A DNA stretch of 32,000 bases from Acaryochloris marina MBIC11017 (GTDB lineage: Bacteria > Cyanobacteriota > Cyanobacteriia > Thermosynechococcales > Thermosynechococcaceae). Of this stretch, positions 1 through 12,000 are shown in pieces. A model generated the notes under the pieces. The model was given only the letters and a program-made list of their open reading frames with translations. It was not told the DNA's origin and did no database searches. The stretch is taken from assembly GCF_000018105.1 (NCBI RefSeq), contig NC_009925.1:1230001-1262000 (forward strand), given 5' to 3'. A program made the translations under genes and the position numbers. Each line of letters opens with the position of its first letter. Within the stretch, counting starts at the first letter, position 1.

Positions 1-349
1 CCAGAGAATCAAACAGGGATCGCCGAATCGACTTCCCCGCATTGCTCACCAGAATATCAATGGGATGGGGAAGCTGCTCTAGCAACGCTTCAACTTCTGT
101 CGGCTGTCTCAGATCGCAGGGAAAAATATCTGCCTGTCCGCCACGGGCCTCTACCTGAGCTTGAACGGCCAATAGTTTCTCTTCAGTCCGCGCCACTAAG
201 ATTAACTGAGTCATGGGCAAGGCTAGCCGTAAAGCCAAACATTCTCCGATTCCATAGCTCGCTCCGGTAATCAGAACCGTTTTTCCTACCAGCAATCGTT
301 CGAGTCTACGCTGATTAACCCTAAGACAGGGAAAGAACAATAAATCCAT
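1..349 (-). CDS. Short-chain dehydrogenase/reductase (SDR) family oxidoreductase, N-terminal part only (3' end lies beyond the window edge)
   Basis: Absent from the ORF track because it runs off the window. Reverse-complement translation from the ATG at 347-349 gives MDLLFFPCLRVNQRRLERLLVGKTVLITGASYGIGECLALRLA...ILVSNAGKSIRR. This contains the Rossmann TGxxxGIG motif and the NAG motif of classical SDRs. Confidence 0.75.
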   Translation of the reverse strand, partial: MDLLFFPCLRVNQRRLERLLVGKTVLITGASYGIGECLALRLALPMTQLILVARTEEKLLAVQAQVEARGGQADIFPCDLRQPTEVEALLEQLPHPIDILVSNAGKSIRRSLFDSL

Positions 350-742
350 TAGGCTGCCCCTCGTTCGCCCAGGCGCGCATCTACCAAAGGAAGTCTGCTG
401 GATAGAGCTGGGTTAGTTTGAGCTGGCCTAGCAAGACATACAGTTATAGCAGACATAATCTTTAACGCTTTCTCAAGTCACCCACGATACAGGGGCATAC
501 TACCTTAAATCATTGTCCCAGCAGCCATATCAGGGTCACGAATATCCCTACTTGAGATCAAGTGATCAATGGATTTTCCATAAACGAGCCAATGACCTTC
601 TGCAAACTAATCGACGCCAAAGACATTAATTTATAGGGTTTGGCCCTGTCTAATGACCCCATTTTCTAGGGTGATTGAATTGAACCCGCGAAGAAACAGC
701 AGTCCATAGCCTTCCAATACAGCTATAAAATAATCTCAAGTG

Positions 743-2125
743 ATGAATCCATCTCCAGGAACCCCCATGTCCCTAGCTCTAGACTCCAAACCCGATACCG
801 ATAAACTGACGACTTATTTTCGCTGCATTGCCGGGTGTCCTGGCAAGCACTCCATCTATGACGTCATATACACCTGTCCCATCTGTGGCAGCTTACTAGA
901 GGTGCATCATGAGCGGGAACCGCTGAAAAAGCGCAATGCCCTCCAATGGCAGCAATTGCTCAGCTCCCGAGCCAGCACCTCCATCTGGCCCTACGGGAGT
1001 GGTGTTTGGGGCATGCGGGAGTGGGTGGTTCCATCCCTAGCCGATGAAAATGTCGTCAGCATGTTCGAAGGCAATACCAACTTATTTTGGGCCGAACGCT
1101 TAGGCAAACAACTTGGCGTCCCCGACTTATGGATTAAGCTTTGCGGCAATAGCCATACGGGTAGCTTCAAAGACCTAGGCATGACCGTCTTGGTCAGCGT
1201 CGTCAAACAAATGATGGCCCAAGGCAGTTCCGTCAAAGCCGTGGCCTGCGCCAGTACAGGAGACACCAGCGCCGCCCTCGCCGCCTATGCCGCCTATGCG
1301 GGCATACCGGCCATTATTTTCTTGCCTGCCGGTAAAGTCAGTACGGCTCAGCTTATTCAGCCCGTCTGCAACGGTGCCCATGTCTTAGCCCTCGACACTG
1401 ACTTCGATGGCTGTATGAATATTGTCAAAGAGGTCACGCAAGACAATTCAATTTACCTCGCTAACTCGATGAACAGTCTGCGCATCGAAGGACAAAAAAC
1501 CGTCGGCATCGAAATTATTCGGCAGTTTAATTGGCAAGTCCCCGACTGGATCATCATTCCTGTGGGCAATTTGGGCAATATCAGCGCCCTCTATAAAGGC
1601 TTCAAGTTAATGATGGATCTGGGGTTGATCACTCGGATGCCCAGACTCGTCGCCGCCCAAACGCAGAAAGCCAATCCTTTTTACGAGTCCTTTAAAAACG
1701 GATTCAAAGAAAAAATTAGCGTAACAGCCCAAGACACCCTAGCCAACGCCATCCGAATTGGTGACCCGGTCAGTTATGACAAAGCCGTCACTGCGATCAC
1801 CGAAACAAACGGTATTGTCGAACAGGCCAGCGAAGACGAATTAGCTGCCGCAGCTGCCAAAGCTGATTTAACTGGGATGTTTACCTGTCCCCATACAGGC
1901 GTTGCCTTAGCCGTTCTCACCAAGCTGATCGAACGGGGTGAAATCAAATCCAGCGATAAAACCGTGGTGATTAGCACCGCCCACGGTTTGAAGTTCACCG
2001 ACTTCAAAGTGGGCTACCACGAATCGACCCTGGCTGATGTCAACAGCCAGCATGCGAACCCTGCTGTTCACCTGCCCGCCAATGCGGATGCCGTCAAAGC
2101 TGAAATCGAAAAACGACTGGGCTAA
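743..2125 (+). CDS. thrC: Threonine synthase
   Basis: 461-aa ORF with an N-terminal Cys-rich ribbon (CIAGCPGK...CPICGS) and the PLP-lysine motif HTGSFKDLG. It also has an ASTGDTSAA segment and a PVGNLGN loop, typical of the long threonine synthase class. The ATG at 743 directly follows an in-frame GTG at 740. Confidence 0.9.
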   Translation: MNPSPGTPMSLALDSKPDTDKLTTYFRCIAGCPGKHSIYDVIYTCPICGSLLEVHHEREPLKKRNALQWQQLLSSRASTSIWPYGSGVWGMREWVVPSLADENVVSMFEGNTNLFWAERLGKQLGVPDLWIKLCGNSHTGSFKDLGMTVLVSVVKQMMAQGSSVKAVACASTGDTSAALAAYAAYAGIPAIIFLPAGKVSTAQLIQPVCNGAHVLALDTDFDGCMNIVKEVTQDNSIYLANSMNSLRIEGQKTVGIEIIRQFNWQVPDWIIIPVGNLGNISALYKGFKLMMDLGLITRMPRLVAAQTQKANPFYESFKNGFKEKISVTAQDTLANAIRIGDPVSYDKAVTAITETNGIVEQASEDELAAAAAKADLTGMFTCPHTGVALAVLTKLIERGEIKSSDKTVVISTAHGLKFTDFKVGYHESTLADVNSQHANPAVHLPANADAVKAEIEKRLG

Positions 2126-2134
2126 AAAAGCGCC

Positions 2135-2159
2135 AACCCTGCCCAGTTAGGGCAGGGTT
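2135..2159. terminator. Perfect 10-bp stem / 5-nt loop hairpin between convergent thrC and the L,D-transpeptidase gene; likely an intrinsic terminator
   Basis: AACCCTGCCC (2135-2144), loop AGTTA, GGGCAGGGTT (2150-2159). Read on the minus strand, the hairpin is followed by GGCGCTTTTTT. That fits a terminator for the minus-strand gene and possibly a bidirectional one. Confidence 0.55.
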
Positions 2160-2184
2160 AATGCTCTCAAGATTAATTGTCTCG

Positions 2185-2727
2185 TTAGCGAATCACCTTT
2201 ACAGGCGTCCCCACGGCGACGAGTTCATACATTTCTTCAATGTCCTCGTCATACATCCGGACGCAGCCGTGAGAGGCAGATCGACCCACGGAATCACGAT
2301 TGGGCGTACCGTGAAAGCCAATCCAGTTATTACCATCGGTCCAGAATCCCATCCACCGACGACCGAGGGGATTTTCTGGATCACCCCCAGGAATCACATA
2401 GCCCTTAAAAGGATGAAGCCAGGGTGGATTGCGGTATTTCGTTTTAACCTCAAAATCCCCTGCCGGGGTTGCCCAACCAGCTCGTCCAATCGCAACGGGA
2501 TACGACTTAACGGCTTGGTCATGCTGATACACTGTCACTCGCCGCTTGGACAAATTTAGCTCCAACCGCATAGGGTCAACAGCGGGAGGCAAATGATCCG
2601 TCACATTGTCGAGGCCCGGCAACGGCGGTGCGATCGCAATTTCTTCTACGGCTCGTACCGGCTGGCCCAGGGCTAAAGCACCTGCCACCACGCTCAGGGC
2701 AATCAGTTTTATCGAAGAATGACGCAT
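2185..2727 (-). CDS. L,D-transpeptidase (YkuD domain) with N-terminal signal peptide
   Basis: 180 aa. The hydrophobic N-terminus MRHSSIKLIALSVVAGALALGQPVRA looks like a signal peptide. The catalytic signature is HGTPNRDSVGRSASHGCVRM (His...SHGC[VI]R). Confidence 0.85.
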   Translation of the reverse strand: MRHSSIKLIALSVVAGALALGQPVRAVEEIAIAPPLPGLDNVTDHLPPAVDPMRLELNLSKRRVTVYQHDQAVKSYPVAIGRAGWATPAGDFEVKTKYRNPPWLHPFKGYVIPGGDPENPLGRRWMGFWTDGNNWIGFHGTPNRDSVGRSASHGCVRMYDEDIEEMYELVAVGTPVKVIR

Positions 2728-2852
2728 GATCCAGATCGATTATCTTCAGCAAGCCAAGTTTTAGAATGGCTATTCTATTCTAGCGAATAGAAAAAGACCG
2801 ATTCTGTTCCCAACCTTTAGATTTCCCCAAAGGAATGGCGCATCGAGCAGGC

Positions 2853-3944
2853 TTAAACCGCTGCTGCCAGGTCTGCTAGCTGAGCCTGCTGATCTTGAGC
2901 GATACAGGTCTCTAAAATCAGCTCAATATCCCCTACCAATACCTTCTCTAGGGGAAAGTTTTGGTTAAGACGATGATCCGTGGCGCGATTATCTTTGTAA
3001 TTATAGGTGCGTATTTTCTCAGATCTGGCCCCCGTTCCCACCTGGGACCGACGCATAGAGGTCACTGATGCTTGCTGTTCTTGCAGTTCCATTTCATAGA
3101 GCTTGGCTCGCAGAATTTGCATCGCTCGCTCTTTGTTTTGCAGTTGCGATCGCTCTTCCGTACAGAAGATCCGGATCCCCGTTGGTTTGTGGACCAAATC
3201 AACCGCCGTCTCCACCTTGTTCACATTTTGTCCACCAGCACCACCAGACCGGGCCGTGGACATTTCAATATCTTTGGGGTCAATCTCAATCTCAACATCA
3301 TCCACTTCCGGCATGACAGCCACCGTCGCCGTGGACGTATGGACTCGACCCGAGGCCTCCGTTGCCGGTACCCGCTGCACCCGATGCACGCCCGCCTCAT
3401 ACTTAAGCTTGCTATAAACCCGCTCACCCTGGATTTCGAGGATAGCTTCTTTAAAGCCCCCCATCTCTCCACCGGACTCACTCAGCAGCTTCACCCGCCA
3501 CTTTTGGCTTTCCGCATACTTAGAGTAAATGCGAACTAAATCTCCAGCCCAAATACTAGCTTCATCACCACCAGCCCCGGCTCTGATCTCCAACATAATG
3601 TTTTTCTCATCGTTGGGATCCCGAGGCAGCAGCAGTACTTTCAGTTTTGTTTCCAGGCCATCCAGTTTTTCGGTCAACTCAGCGGCTTCCATCGCCGCCA
3701 TCTCCTTTAGCTCTGGATCTTCATCCCCATCTTTGGCCATCTGTTGAGCATCGGCTAACTCCTGTTGAGTAGCTTTCCAGTCCTCAAACGTGTTGACCGT
3801 CTCTTCTAAAGACGCTCTTGCCTTTGCAACTTCCTGAAACTCAGTCGGATTCGTGGCCACCTCCGGGTCACCGAGGCGACGAGTCAACTCATGGAACGTT
3901 TGCTCAACGGATTTCAGCTTTTCAAGCAGATAGGCTTCGGCCAT
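2853..3944 (-). CDS. prfA: Peptide chain release factor 1
   Basis: 363 aa with the GGQ motif ([17 protein letters not shown]) and the RF1-type PxT tripeptide region ([14 protein letters not shown]). Confidence 0.97.
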   Translation of the reverse strand: MAEAYLLEKLKSVEQTFHELTRRLGDPEVATNPTEFQEVAKARASLEETVNTFEDWKATQQELADAQQMAKDGDEDPELKEMAAMEAAELTEKLDGLETKLKVLLLPRDPNDEKNIMLEIRAGAGGDEASIWAGDLVRIYSKYAESQKWRVKLLSESGGEMGGFKEAILEIQGERVYSKLKYEAGVHRVQRVPATEASGRVHTSTATVAVMPEVDDVEIEIDPKDIEMSTARSGGAGGQNVNKVETAVDLVHKPTGIRIFCTEERSQLQNKERAMQILRAKLYEMELQEQQASVTSMRRSQVGTGARSEKIRTYNYKDNRATDHRLNQNFPLEKVLVGDIELILETCIAQDQQAQLADLAAAV

Positions 3945-3998
3945 GGATCAGTACTAGGGGAAAGGACAAGAAGACAAGGTAGCTTAGATTTAGCTGTC

Positions 3999-4256
3999 CT
4001 ACTTCTCGTCTTTCTTTTTAGCGTTACCTTTACCGCCTGCGCCTTGGCTTTCGCTCATACCGTACTTACGCATAAAGCGTTCCACCCGACCTTCGGTATC
4101 AATAATCTTCTGGGTGCCCGTAAAGAAGGGGTGATTCCCAGACCAAACATCAACATGCAGTTCTTCTTGGGTTGAGCCTACGGTCATCACGACTTCTCCA
4201 TCGCAATAGACTTTGGCTTCGGGGTACCACTTGGGATGAATATCAGGTTTTGCCAT
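3999..4256 (-). CDS. rpmE: 50S ribosomal protein L31
   Basis: 85 aa: MAKPDIHPKWYPEAKVYCDGE...HPFFTGTQKIIDTEGRVERFMRKYG, with a Lys-rich C-terminal tail. Confidence 0.95.
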   Translation of the reverse strand: MAKPDIHPKWYPEAKVYCDGEVVMTVGSTQEELHVDVWSGNHPFFTGTQKIIDTEGRVERFMRKYGMSESQGAGGKGNAKKKDEK

Positions 4257-4302
4257 CAGTATCTCTCTAAATTTAAATATCTATATCGTGTGTTCCAGCC
4301 CA

Positions 4303-4716
4303 TTAACGCTTGGAGTATTGAGGTGCCTTACGAGCCTTCCGTAAGCCATACTTCTTCCGCTCTTTCGCTCTTGGATCACGAGTTAAATAGCCTTCTAGCT
4401 TCAAGGGCTTCCGGTTCTCAGGATCGAGTTCACACAAGGCCCGAGCAACGCCCAACTTAATGGCATCTGCTTGCCCAGTCAAACCACCACCCCGGGCATT
4501 CACCAGCACATCGTAATCGTTCTCTAGTCCTAGGGATTCTAGAGGTGCCTTAGCATTGGCAATGTAGCTGGGGTTAAATTGCAAGTACAAATCCCCAGGC
4601 TTACCGTTAATGGTCATCACACCACTGCCGGGAACCAGTCTGACCCGAACAATAGAGGATTTACGGCGGCCTGTGCCTCGGTAAGCGACGGCGTTAGATT
4701 GATCAGTGGCTTGCAT
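4303..4716 (-). CDS. rpsI: 30S ribosomal protein S9
   Basis: 137 aa ending in the characteristic ...[12 protein letters not shown]. The start codon overlaps the rplM stop as TAATG (4714-4718), which suggests translational coupling. Confidence 0.97.
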   Translation of the reverse strand: MQATDQSNAVAYRGTGRRKSSIVRVRLVPGSGVMTINGKPGDLYLQFNPSYIANAKAPLESLGLENDYDVLVNARGGGLTGQADAIKLGVARALCELDPENRKPLKLEGYLTRDPRAKERKKYGLRKARKAPQYSKR

Positions 4717-5171
4717 TATGATTTAGCTCCTGGAATGGTCTGAATAGATAGAACTTCGGGTTTTTGAGCCGCATGGGGATGATCAGGACCCGCATACACT
4801 TTGAGACTTCTGAACAACTGACGGCCTAGGGCATTTTTGGGCAACATCCCTTTCACAGCTTTCTCGATAATGCGCTCGGGAATCCGCTCTTGTAGATGGT
4901 TAAACGTTTCAGTCTTCATTCCACCAGGGCGACCCGAATGGCGGCGATAGAGCTTTTGTTCGCCCTTATTGCCGGTTACGGTCACTTTTTCAGCGTTGAT
5001 GACAATCACAAAGTCACCGGTATTCATAAAGGGGGTATAAGTGGGCTTATTCTTGCCCCGCAGAATCATTGCAATCTGGGTTGCCAGACGCCCTAGTCGC
5101 TGATTTTCGGCGTCAACGACGTACCACTTCTTGTCAGCGGTCGATACGGTGGGTAAGTAGGTTTTTTCCAT
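4716..5171 (-). CDS. rplM: 50S ribosomal protein L13
   Basis: 151 aa: [34 protein letters not shown]... is canonical L13. Confidence 0.97.
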   Translation of the reverse strand: MEKTYLPTVSTADKKWYVVDAENQRLGRLATQIAMILRGKNKPTYTPFMNTGDFVIVINAEKVTVTGNKGEQKLYRRHSGRPGGMKTETFNHLQERIPERIIEKAVKGMLPKNALGRQLFRSLKVYAGPDHPHAAQKPEVLSIQTIPGAKS

Positions 5172-5203
5172 GAGAGTTATCTATTTCAAAACAGGAAGAG
5201 GGG

Positions 5204-6082
5204 TTAGGACGCTGGGTTCCAGCAATATTCAGAGGGCACGCTCGACATCATCAGATGGGGAAAGGTATCAAACCAAACATCAGGGGAAAAGGGAAAGTCA
5301 GGATATCCCACCCGCAAAAGGCAAAGACCTTTGGCCGGGGCAGAATATTTCACCTGATCCCGCCGCTCCGCTTGCCACAACTCCGTAAAGCTATCGGGAG
5401 AGCGTAATCCCCGTCCCACCTGAACCAATAAGCCGACGAGCAGACGCATCATCCCGTACAGGAAACCGCTCGCCTGGACTTCAATCTGAATCAAAGGGCT
5501 ACTGTCTTTCGCTTCGACCGTTGGTCGCTGCACACAAGTCGCTTCATGCACATCTACCCAGGAGTGGGGACGACTGGAGCCAGCCCGGTGAAAGGCAGCC
5601 AGGTGATGACGACCAATCAGCGGGTCAAGAGCCGCCTGCATTCGCTGCACATCTAAGGGCTGATAATAATAATGCCAGCTATAGGGGCGCAAAAACAGAT
5701 TGGGGCAAGGATCAGTATACAAAGTGTACCGATATCGTCGCCACGTTGCAGAAAAGCGAGCATGCCAGTCCGAAGGGACTAGGGCTGATCCACGAATCAA
5801 AATGTCCTGGGGCAACCGAGCATTGAGAACACTTGCCCACCGATGGGCTGGAATCGGAGACTCTACATCAAAATGGGCCACTTGAGCCGCTGCATGGACG
5901 CCCGAATCGGTCCTGCCTGCACCATGAAGGGTGACCGGATGCTGAACAATTTCCGCTAAGGTATCCTCGATATCCGCCTGCACACTTCGATGCTGAGGTT
6001 GCCGCTGCCAGCCATGAAAATGAGTGCCCAGGTACTGAATAACCAGGGCAACTCGTTGGGATGTTGGGGATGGCAATGGCAT
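5204..6082 (-). CDS. truA: tRNA pseudouridine(38-40) synthase
   Basis: 292 aa with the catalytic-Asp motif GAGRTDSGVHA and the N-terminal YLGTHFHGWQRQ. Confidence 0.92.
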   Translation of the reverse strand: MPLPSPTSQRVALVIQYLGTHFHGWQRQPQHRSVQADIEDTLAEIVQHPVTLHGAGRTDSGVHAAAQVAHFDVESPIPAHRWASVLNARLPQDILIRGSALVPSDWHARFSATWRRYRYTLYTDPCPNLFLRPYSWHYYYQPLDVQRMQAALDPLIGRHHLAAFHRAGSSRPHSWVDVHEATCVQRPTVEAKDSSPLIQIEVQASGFLYGMMRLLVGLLVQVGRGLRSPDSFTELWQAERRDQVKYSAPAKGLCLLRVGYPDFPFSPDVWFDTFPHLMMSSVPSEYCWNPAS

Positions 6083-6101
6083 GACCGAGGCGGTTTAGTC
6101 C

Positions 6102-6452
6102 TTAAGTAAGTTCGATAATCGCCATTTCAGCATTATCGCCACGCCGACGGATGGTGCGAATAATACGAGTGTAGCCACCGTTGCGATCGCCATAGCGGTC
6201 TGCCACCTGGTCAAACAGGGCATGAACCAACTGCTTGTCATAGATGTATCCCAAAGCCTGACGGCGAGAAGCCAATGACCCATCCTTAGCTAAGGTGATC
6301 ATTTTTTCAACTTGAGACCGTACGGCTTTGGCCCGCGCCTTAGTGGTCGTCACTCGACCATGGCGAATCAGCTGAGTAGACAAGGATCTGAGGAGAGCCT
6401 TGCGCTGGTCGGCAGGTTTGCCTAACTTATGAACTCGACAACGATGACGCAT
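6102..6452 (-). CDS. rplQ: 50S ribosomal protein L17
   Basis: 116 aa: [24 protein letters not shown]...[11 protein letters not shown]. Confidence 0.97.
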   Translation of the reverse strand: MRHRCRVHKLGKPADQRKALLRSLSTQLIRHGRVTTTKARAKAVRSQVEKMITLAKDGSLASRRQALGYIYDKQLVHALFDQVADRYGDRNGGYTRIIRTIRRRGDNAEMAIIELT

Positions 6453-6463
6453 GGAAATTAACC

Positions 6464-7405
6464 TTAACTTTTCGATTTTTCAGTCGGCATAGTAATACCA
6501 AGATGATCTTGGAGAGCTGCGATCACTTCATCCGCAGACTTGGCTCCAAAATTCTTGATTTCGAGGAGGTCTTCTTGGGAATATTCCAGAAGATCCGCCA
6601 CGCTATTGATTTGAGCCCGCTTGAGGCAGTTATAGGCCCGGACAGAGAGGTTTAGACCTTCAATGGGGATTTGATTGGTCTCGTCTTCTTCTTCCAGCTC
6701 AATATCCTCAACCACGTTAAAGGTGGCATCTTTGAGGGGGTTGAACAGATCAACCAAAATGGTAGCAGCCTGACTTAAGGATTCCTGGGGCGTCAGATTG
6801 CCATTGGTCCAGATATCCAGAATCAGGCGATCCTTTTCTAAGGCACCACCGACCCGAGCGTCTTCTACTTCGTAGTTGACCCGTCGGACGGGCATATAAA
6901 TCGCATCAATCTCTAAAAAGTCAAGGGCTGCGGCTTCATCTCGGTTTTTACCTACCGCATGGTATCCCTTACCCTGCTCGATTCTAAACTCCATCTCTAG
7001 GGTGGCATCCGAAGACAGAGTCGCGACGTACTGGGTTGGATTTACAATCTCAACTTCAGTGGGTAATTCAAAGTCATCGGTCGTGACCGTCGCTGGACCT
7101 TGGACAAATAAGCGACCAATCTGCGGATCGTTGGTATGGCTTCTCAAGACAACCTGCTTCATATTCAGCAGAATGTCGAGAACATCCTCACGAACCCCAG
7201 GAATGGTAGCAAATTCATGGTTCACACCAGCAATACGAACAGCCGTGACCGCAGTTCCTCTCAGATTTGCAAGTAAAACGCGTCTAAGAGCATTTCCAAC
7301 TGTCGTGCCTTGCCCCCGATCTAAGGGCTCCAGAATAAACCTGCTATACTGGCTAAAATCCTCTTCAACTGTAGTTTCAAGACATTCAACCTGAAATTGC
7401 GCCAC
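6464..7405 (-). CDS. rpoA: DNA-directed RNA polymerase subunit alpha
   Basis: 313 aa with a GTG start. It has N-terminal GNALRRVLL and a C-terminal domain with [23 protein letters not shown]. Confidence 0.97.
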   Translation of the reverse strand: MAQFQVECLETTVEEDFSQYSRFILEPLDRGQGTTVGNALRRVLLANLRGTAVTAVRIAGVNHEFATIPGVREDVLDILLNMKQVVLRSHTNDPQIGRLFVQGPATVTTDDFELPTEVEIVNPTQYVATLSSDATLEMEFRIEQGKGYHAVGKNRDEAAALDFLEIDAIYMPVRRVNYEVEDARVGGALEKDRLILDIWTNGNLTPQESLSQAATILVDLFNPLKDATFNVVEDIELEEEDETNQIPIEGLNLSVRAYNCLKRAQINSVADLLEYSQEDLLEIKNFGAKSADEVIAALQDHLGITMPTEKSKS

Positions 7406-7632
7406 GAAAATCCCTCCCTTGTTGCTGTGCTCGAAATGTAGGTCGGTTCTTTGGAACCTGTGGAGTGAAGAAAAAAGTTTTTAAAAGTTAGCTTTAGCTT
7501 GAGGTCTGCAAAAGCAAAGTTTTTAACTTCGTTGATGGATGAGGTATGCCATCAAATTCCAGGAGTTTCCATCAGCGCATGACTTGCTTTAACCCAGCAG
7601 AATGCTGCTAGCCAGCCTGATGAATCTTCGCC

Positions 7633-8025
7633 CTAGACGCGACGTCGTTTTGGAGGACGACAACCGTTGTGAGGAATGGGGGTAACATCTCGGATTAAAG
7701 TGATTTCAAGTCCTGCACCTTGAAGCGCACGAATCGCTGTCTCACGACCGGCCCCCGGGCCACTCACCATCACTTCGATTTGGCGCATGCCTTGATCCAT
7801 GGCCCGACGAGCTGCGCTTTCTGAAGCAGTTTGAGCGGCAAAGGGAGTCCCTTTTTTAGCGCCTTTGAAACCGCTTGAGCCTGCAGAGGCCCAGGATACG
7901 ACATCACCACTGGCATCGCTAATGGTGACAATTGTGTTATTGAATGTGGACTGGATGTGAGCCACCCCATTGGGGACATGCTTTTTTTGCTTCCGTCCAC
8001 CGGAGCGTTTAGATTGTGGAGCCAT
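7633..8025 (-). CDS. rpsK: 30S ribosomal protein S11
   Basis: 130 aa: [18 protein letters not shown]...[14 protein letters not shown]...[13 protein letters not shown]. Confidence 0.97.
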   Translation of the reverse strand: MAPQSKRSGGRKQKKHVPNGVAHIQSTFNNTIVTISDASGDVVSWASAGSSGFKGAKKGTPFAAQTASESAARRAMDQGMRQIEVMVSGPGAGRETAIRALQGAGLEITLIRDVTPIPHNGCRPPKRRRV

Positions 8026-8084
8026 ACCTGATATTCTTTTGAACCAACTAAATCAGCGATAAAAAACAGAAGAATTTGAAAGGG

Positions 8085-8465
8085 TTACTTCTTGCTGGGA
8101 GCCTTCTTCTTACCAGCCACCGTCCGCTTAGCACTCCGCCGGGTTCGACTATTCGTCCGAGTCCGCTGGCCTCGAACGGGTAAGCCAGCCCGATGACGAC
8201 GTCCTCGATAGGAACCAATATCCATCAGTCTCTTGACGTTCATGGATTCCCATCGGCGGAGGTCACCCTCCACCTGATAGCCAGCCACAGCATTACGAAG
8301 AGCAGCGACATCTTGATCGCCCAATTCTCTCACTCGGGTATCAGGGTTTACGCCCGTCGCTGCCAAGATCTCTTGGGATCTGGTCAAGCCAATTCCATAT
8401 ATATAGGTCAGACCAATCTCGATCCGCTTGTCGCGGGGCAGGTCTACTCCGGCAATCCGTGCCAC
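8085..8465 (-). CDS. rpsM: 30S ribosomal protein S13
   Basis: 126 aa with a GTG start: [26 protein letters not shown]... Confidence 0.97.
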   Translation of the reverse strand: MARIAGVDLPRDKRIEIGLTYIYGIGLTRSQEILAATGVNPDTRVRELGDQDVAALRNAVAGYQVEGDLRRWESMNVKRLMDIGSYRGRRHRAGLPVRGQRTRTNSRTRRSAKRTVAGKKKAPSKK

Positions 8466-8554
8466 TCTTTTATTACTCCCTAGGCTGTTTAATTAAAAAT
8501 TTGTGTGGTTGCTAACGCGATGGGTTTAGAGACCAATCGGTTGATAGAAGATGG

Positions 8555-8668
8555 TTAACCTTGGCGTTGTTTATGCTTGGGGTTAGAACAAATCACCATC
8601 ACGCGACCTCGCCGACGAATGACTCGGCATTTGTCACACATTCTCCGAACAGATGAACGAACTTTCAT
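8555..8668 (-). CDS. rpmJ: 50S ribosomal protein L36
   Basis: Too short for the ORF track. Hand translation of the minus strand gives [37 protein letters not shown] plus a stop codon. That is canonical 37-aa L36 with its CxxC...C...H zinc ribbon. Confidence 0.93.
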   Translation of the reverse strand: MKVRSSVRRMCDKCRVIRRRGRVMVICSNPKHKQRQG

Positions 8669-9015
8669 ACTAGATTAGAGGACTACAAAACTATTACCAT
8701 ATCACTTCTATTGAAGTCCTACAAGCTTAATTTAGAGAAACTTGAATAGATGGGATCACGGCTCTGCCAGCATCCTGTGTAAAGCCCCGACAGTCATAAC
8801 TTATAGCCGATTCAATATACTAGACTGAGTATAAAAAATAATTTAGTCAGGCCCCTTTATTATCTGTCTTTCGGGGCAAATCCACAGGATTTTCCAGGGC
8901 AACTCCCCAAAAAATCTGGCTAAATGGATTTAAAGTGTATATCTAACCGCCATATGTATTGCGTCAGAAAACCGCAGCACAGCGGGAAACAGTAGTTTCT
9001 AACTTTATCTGGATC

Positions 9016-12000
9016 ATGAAGAGTGTTTTCCTCGATCGGCTCCATAGTCCCGAACGCCCTGTCATTGTTTTTGACGGTGCCATGGGAACCTCTCTACAGA
9101 TGCAAAATCTGACAGCAGAAGATTTTGGTGGTCCAGAGTATGAAGGGTGTAATGAATACCTAATCCAGACTAAACCTGGTGCCGTGGCTACGGTTCATCG
9201 CAACTTCCTGAAGGCCGGGGCAGACGTTATCGAGACGGATACCTTTGGTGCGACCTCTATCGTTTTGGCCGAGTATGATTTGGCCGATCAGGCCTATGAA
9301 CTTAACAAAGCCGCCGCTGAACTTGCCAAACAGGTGACCGCTGAATTTTCCACCCCTGAGAAACCTCGGTTTGTAGCCGGCTCCATGGGTCCCGGGACTA
9401 AGCTCCCTACCTTGGGGCATATTGATTTCGATACCCTCAAGGCAGCTTACGTCGAGCAAGCTCAAGGACTGTATGACGGGGGTGCCGATCTCTTGTTGGT
9501 CGAGACCTGTCAGGATGTCTTACAAATCAAGGCAGCTTTGAACGCGATTGAAGTCGTCTTTGCCGAAAAAGGGGCCAGACTTCCCTTAATGGTATCTGTG
9601 ACGGTGGAAAATTTCGGCACTATGCTGGTGGGGTCTGAGATTGGCGCAGCATTAACGGTCCTAGAACCCTATCCCATCGATATTCTGGGGCTAAACTGTG
9701 CCACTGGCCCCGATTTGATGAAGGAGCATATCAAATATTTATCCGAGCAATCGCCGTTTATTGTCTCCTGTATTCCCAATGCTGGGTTACCTGAAAATGT
9801 GGGGGGGCAGGCCCATTACCTCTTAACGCCAATGGAGCTGCGGATGGCGTTGATGCACTTTATTGAAGACTTAGGAGTTCAGGTGATTGGAGGGTGCTGT
9901 GGCACTCGCCCGGACCATATTCAACAGCTAGCGGAGATGTCCCAGGATCTCAAACCTAAGGCGCGAGAGATTGGCTCACGGCAAAGTTTACCGCCCTATG
10001 CCCCATTGCCCTTTGTGCCTGCGGCAGCCTCAATTATGACAACCCAGTCCTACGATCAGGACAATTCATTTTTGATTGTGGGAGAACGGTTGAATGCCAG
10101 CGGGTCTAAAAAGTGCCGCGAAACCCTAAATGCGGAAGATTGGGATGGGTTGGTATCGTTGGCGCGATCGCAAGTTAAAGAGGGAGCCCATGTCCTCGAT
10201 GTCAACGTGGACTACGTGGGTCGCGATGGCGAGCGGGATATGCGAGAACTGGCCTCCCGGCTGGTAAATACGGTTTCATTGCCCCTGATGCTGGACTCCA
10301 CCGAGTGGACAAAAATGGAGGCAGGTCTAAAAGTGGCCGGGGGTAAATGCATCCTTAACTCCACGAACTATGAAGATGGAGAAGAGCGATTCTACAAGGT
10401 ATTAGAGCTGGCCAAGACCTATGGCGCTGGCGTAGTGGTGGGCACCATTGACGAAGATGGTATGGCTCGAACAGCAGAGAAAAAGTTTGAAATTGCCAAG
10501 CGGGCCTATGATGACGCCATTAACTATGGCATTCCCGCCTATGAAATCTTTTTTGACCCCCTGGCCTTACCCGCCTCTACCGGAATTGAAGAAGATCGCA
10601 ACAATGCTAACGCCACCATCAGTGCCATTTGGCAGATTCGAGATGAGTTGCCGGGTTGTCATATTATCTTGGGGGTCTCTAATGTTTCCTTTGGTTTAAA
10701 TCCAGCGGCCCGCGTCACCCTCAACTCGGTGTTTCTGCATGAAGCGATGGCGGTGGGCATGGATGCGGCCATTGTCAGTGCCAGCAAGATTCTGCCTCTG
10801 GCCAAAATTGAGGAAGAGCATAAACAGGTCTGTTTAGATCTGATCTATGACCGCCGCCAGTTTGATGGGGAGGTTTGTACCTATGACCCTCTGACCAAGC
10901 TAACGACTCTGTTTGAAGGGAAGACGACGAAGCGAGATCGCAGTGTCGATACCTCTCTTCCCGTAGAAGAACGCCTCAAAAACCACATTATTGACGGAGA
11001 ACGGATTGGCTTAGAAGAACAGCTCGATATTGCTCTTAAGGACCATGCTCCCCTGGCCATCATTAATACCTTTTTATTGGATGGCATGAAAGTGGTGGGG
11101 GAACTGTTCGGGTCGGGGCAAATGCAGCTTCCCTTCGTGTTGCAGTCTGCCCAAACCATGAAAGCGGCGGTCGCCTATCTGGAACCGATGATGGATAAGG
11201 AAGAAGCCGACGATAGTGGCAAAGGCACCGTCGTCATTGCCACTGTCAAAGGCGATGTCCATGATATTGGCAAAAACCTGGTGGATATTATCCTGTCTAA
11301 CAACGGCTATCAGGTGATCAATCTGGGTATCAAGCAGCCCGTGGATACGATTATTGCCGCCTACCGAGAGCATAATGCCGACTGCATTGCCATGAGTGGG
11401 TTGCTGGTGAAGTCCACCGCCTTTATGAAGGACAATCTGGAAACCTTTAACCAAGAAGGCATCACCGTTCCCGTCATTCTAGGGGGTGCCGCTTTGACTC
11501 CCAAGTTTGTCAATCAAGACTGCCAAAACACCTACAACGGCCAAGTGATTTACGGCAAAGACGCCTTTGCCGACCTGCACTTTATGGATAAACTGATGCC
11601 CGCCAAAACCGAAGGGCAATGGGATAACCTCAAAGGCTTCTTAAATGAGCAAGATGAAGTTCCTGAGTCAGTCTCTACAAATGGTTCTCAGCCCCAGGAG
11701 AACGCGGCAGAAGCTGCCACTGCTGCAATGCCTGTAGATACCCGACGTTCGGAAGCGGTGGATATCGATATCGAGCGGCCTACCCCACCCTTCTGGGGAA
11801 CTACCATTTTGCAGCCCGAAGATCTGCCTTTTGATGAACTTTTCTGGCATTTGGATCTTCAAGCTTTGATTGCGGGCCAATGGCAATTCCGCAAGCCCAA
11901 GGATCAATCCCGAGAAGACTACGATGCCTTCCTAGACCAGAAGGTCTACCCCATCTTGAACCAGTGGAAACAGCGCATCGTTGCCGAAAAGCTGCTGCAT

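Noticed and set aside
2161-2559. 132-aa plus-strand ORF (and the 61-aa minus-strand ORF at 2199-2384) overlapping the L,D-transpeptidase gene
   Set aside because: These lie antisense or out of frame to a gene with a clear catalytic signature. The sequence is low-complexity and Arg/Pro/His-rich, typical of shadow ORFs.
2728-2852. Possible terminator hairpin downstream of prfA (CTATTC-N4-GAATAG on the minus strand)
   Set aside because: The stem is only 6 bp, AT-rich, and has no downstream U-tract in the transcribed orientation. That is too weak to call.
3068-3747. Cluster of plus-strand ORFs (82-155 aa) inside prfA
   Set aside because: All are antisense to a highly conserved RF1 gene and look compositionally non-protein-like. 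They are shadow frames. The same reasoning applies to the antisense ORFs inside metH, rpoA, rpsK, rpsM, truA, the GGDEF-EAL gene, the BDLP gene, the aminotransferase gene and the oxygenase gene.
8669-9015. Possible riboswitch (cobalamin, SAM or SAH) in the metH leader
   Set aside because: I could not find a B12-box-like core or any conserved riboswitch core by eye. There are only short, weak hairpins (for example, GCCCC-N17-GGGGC near 8851-8877). Cobalamin riboswitches normally control metE or B12 uptake rather than metH. An Infernal/Rfam scan would settle it.
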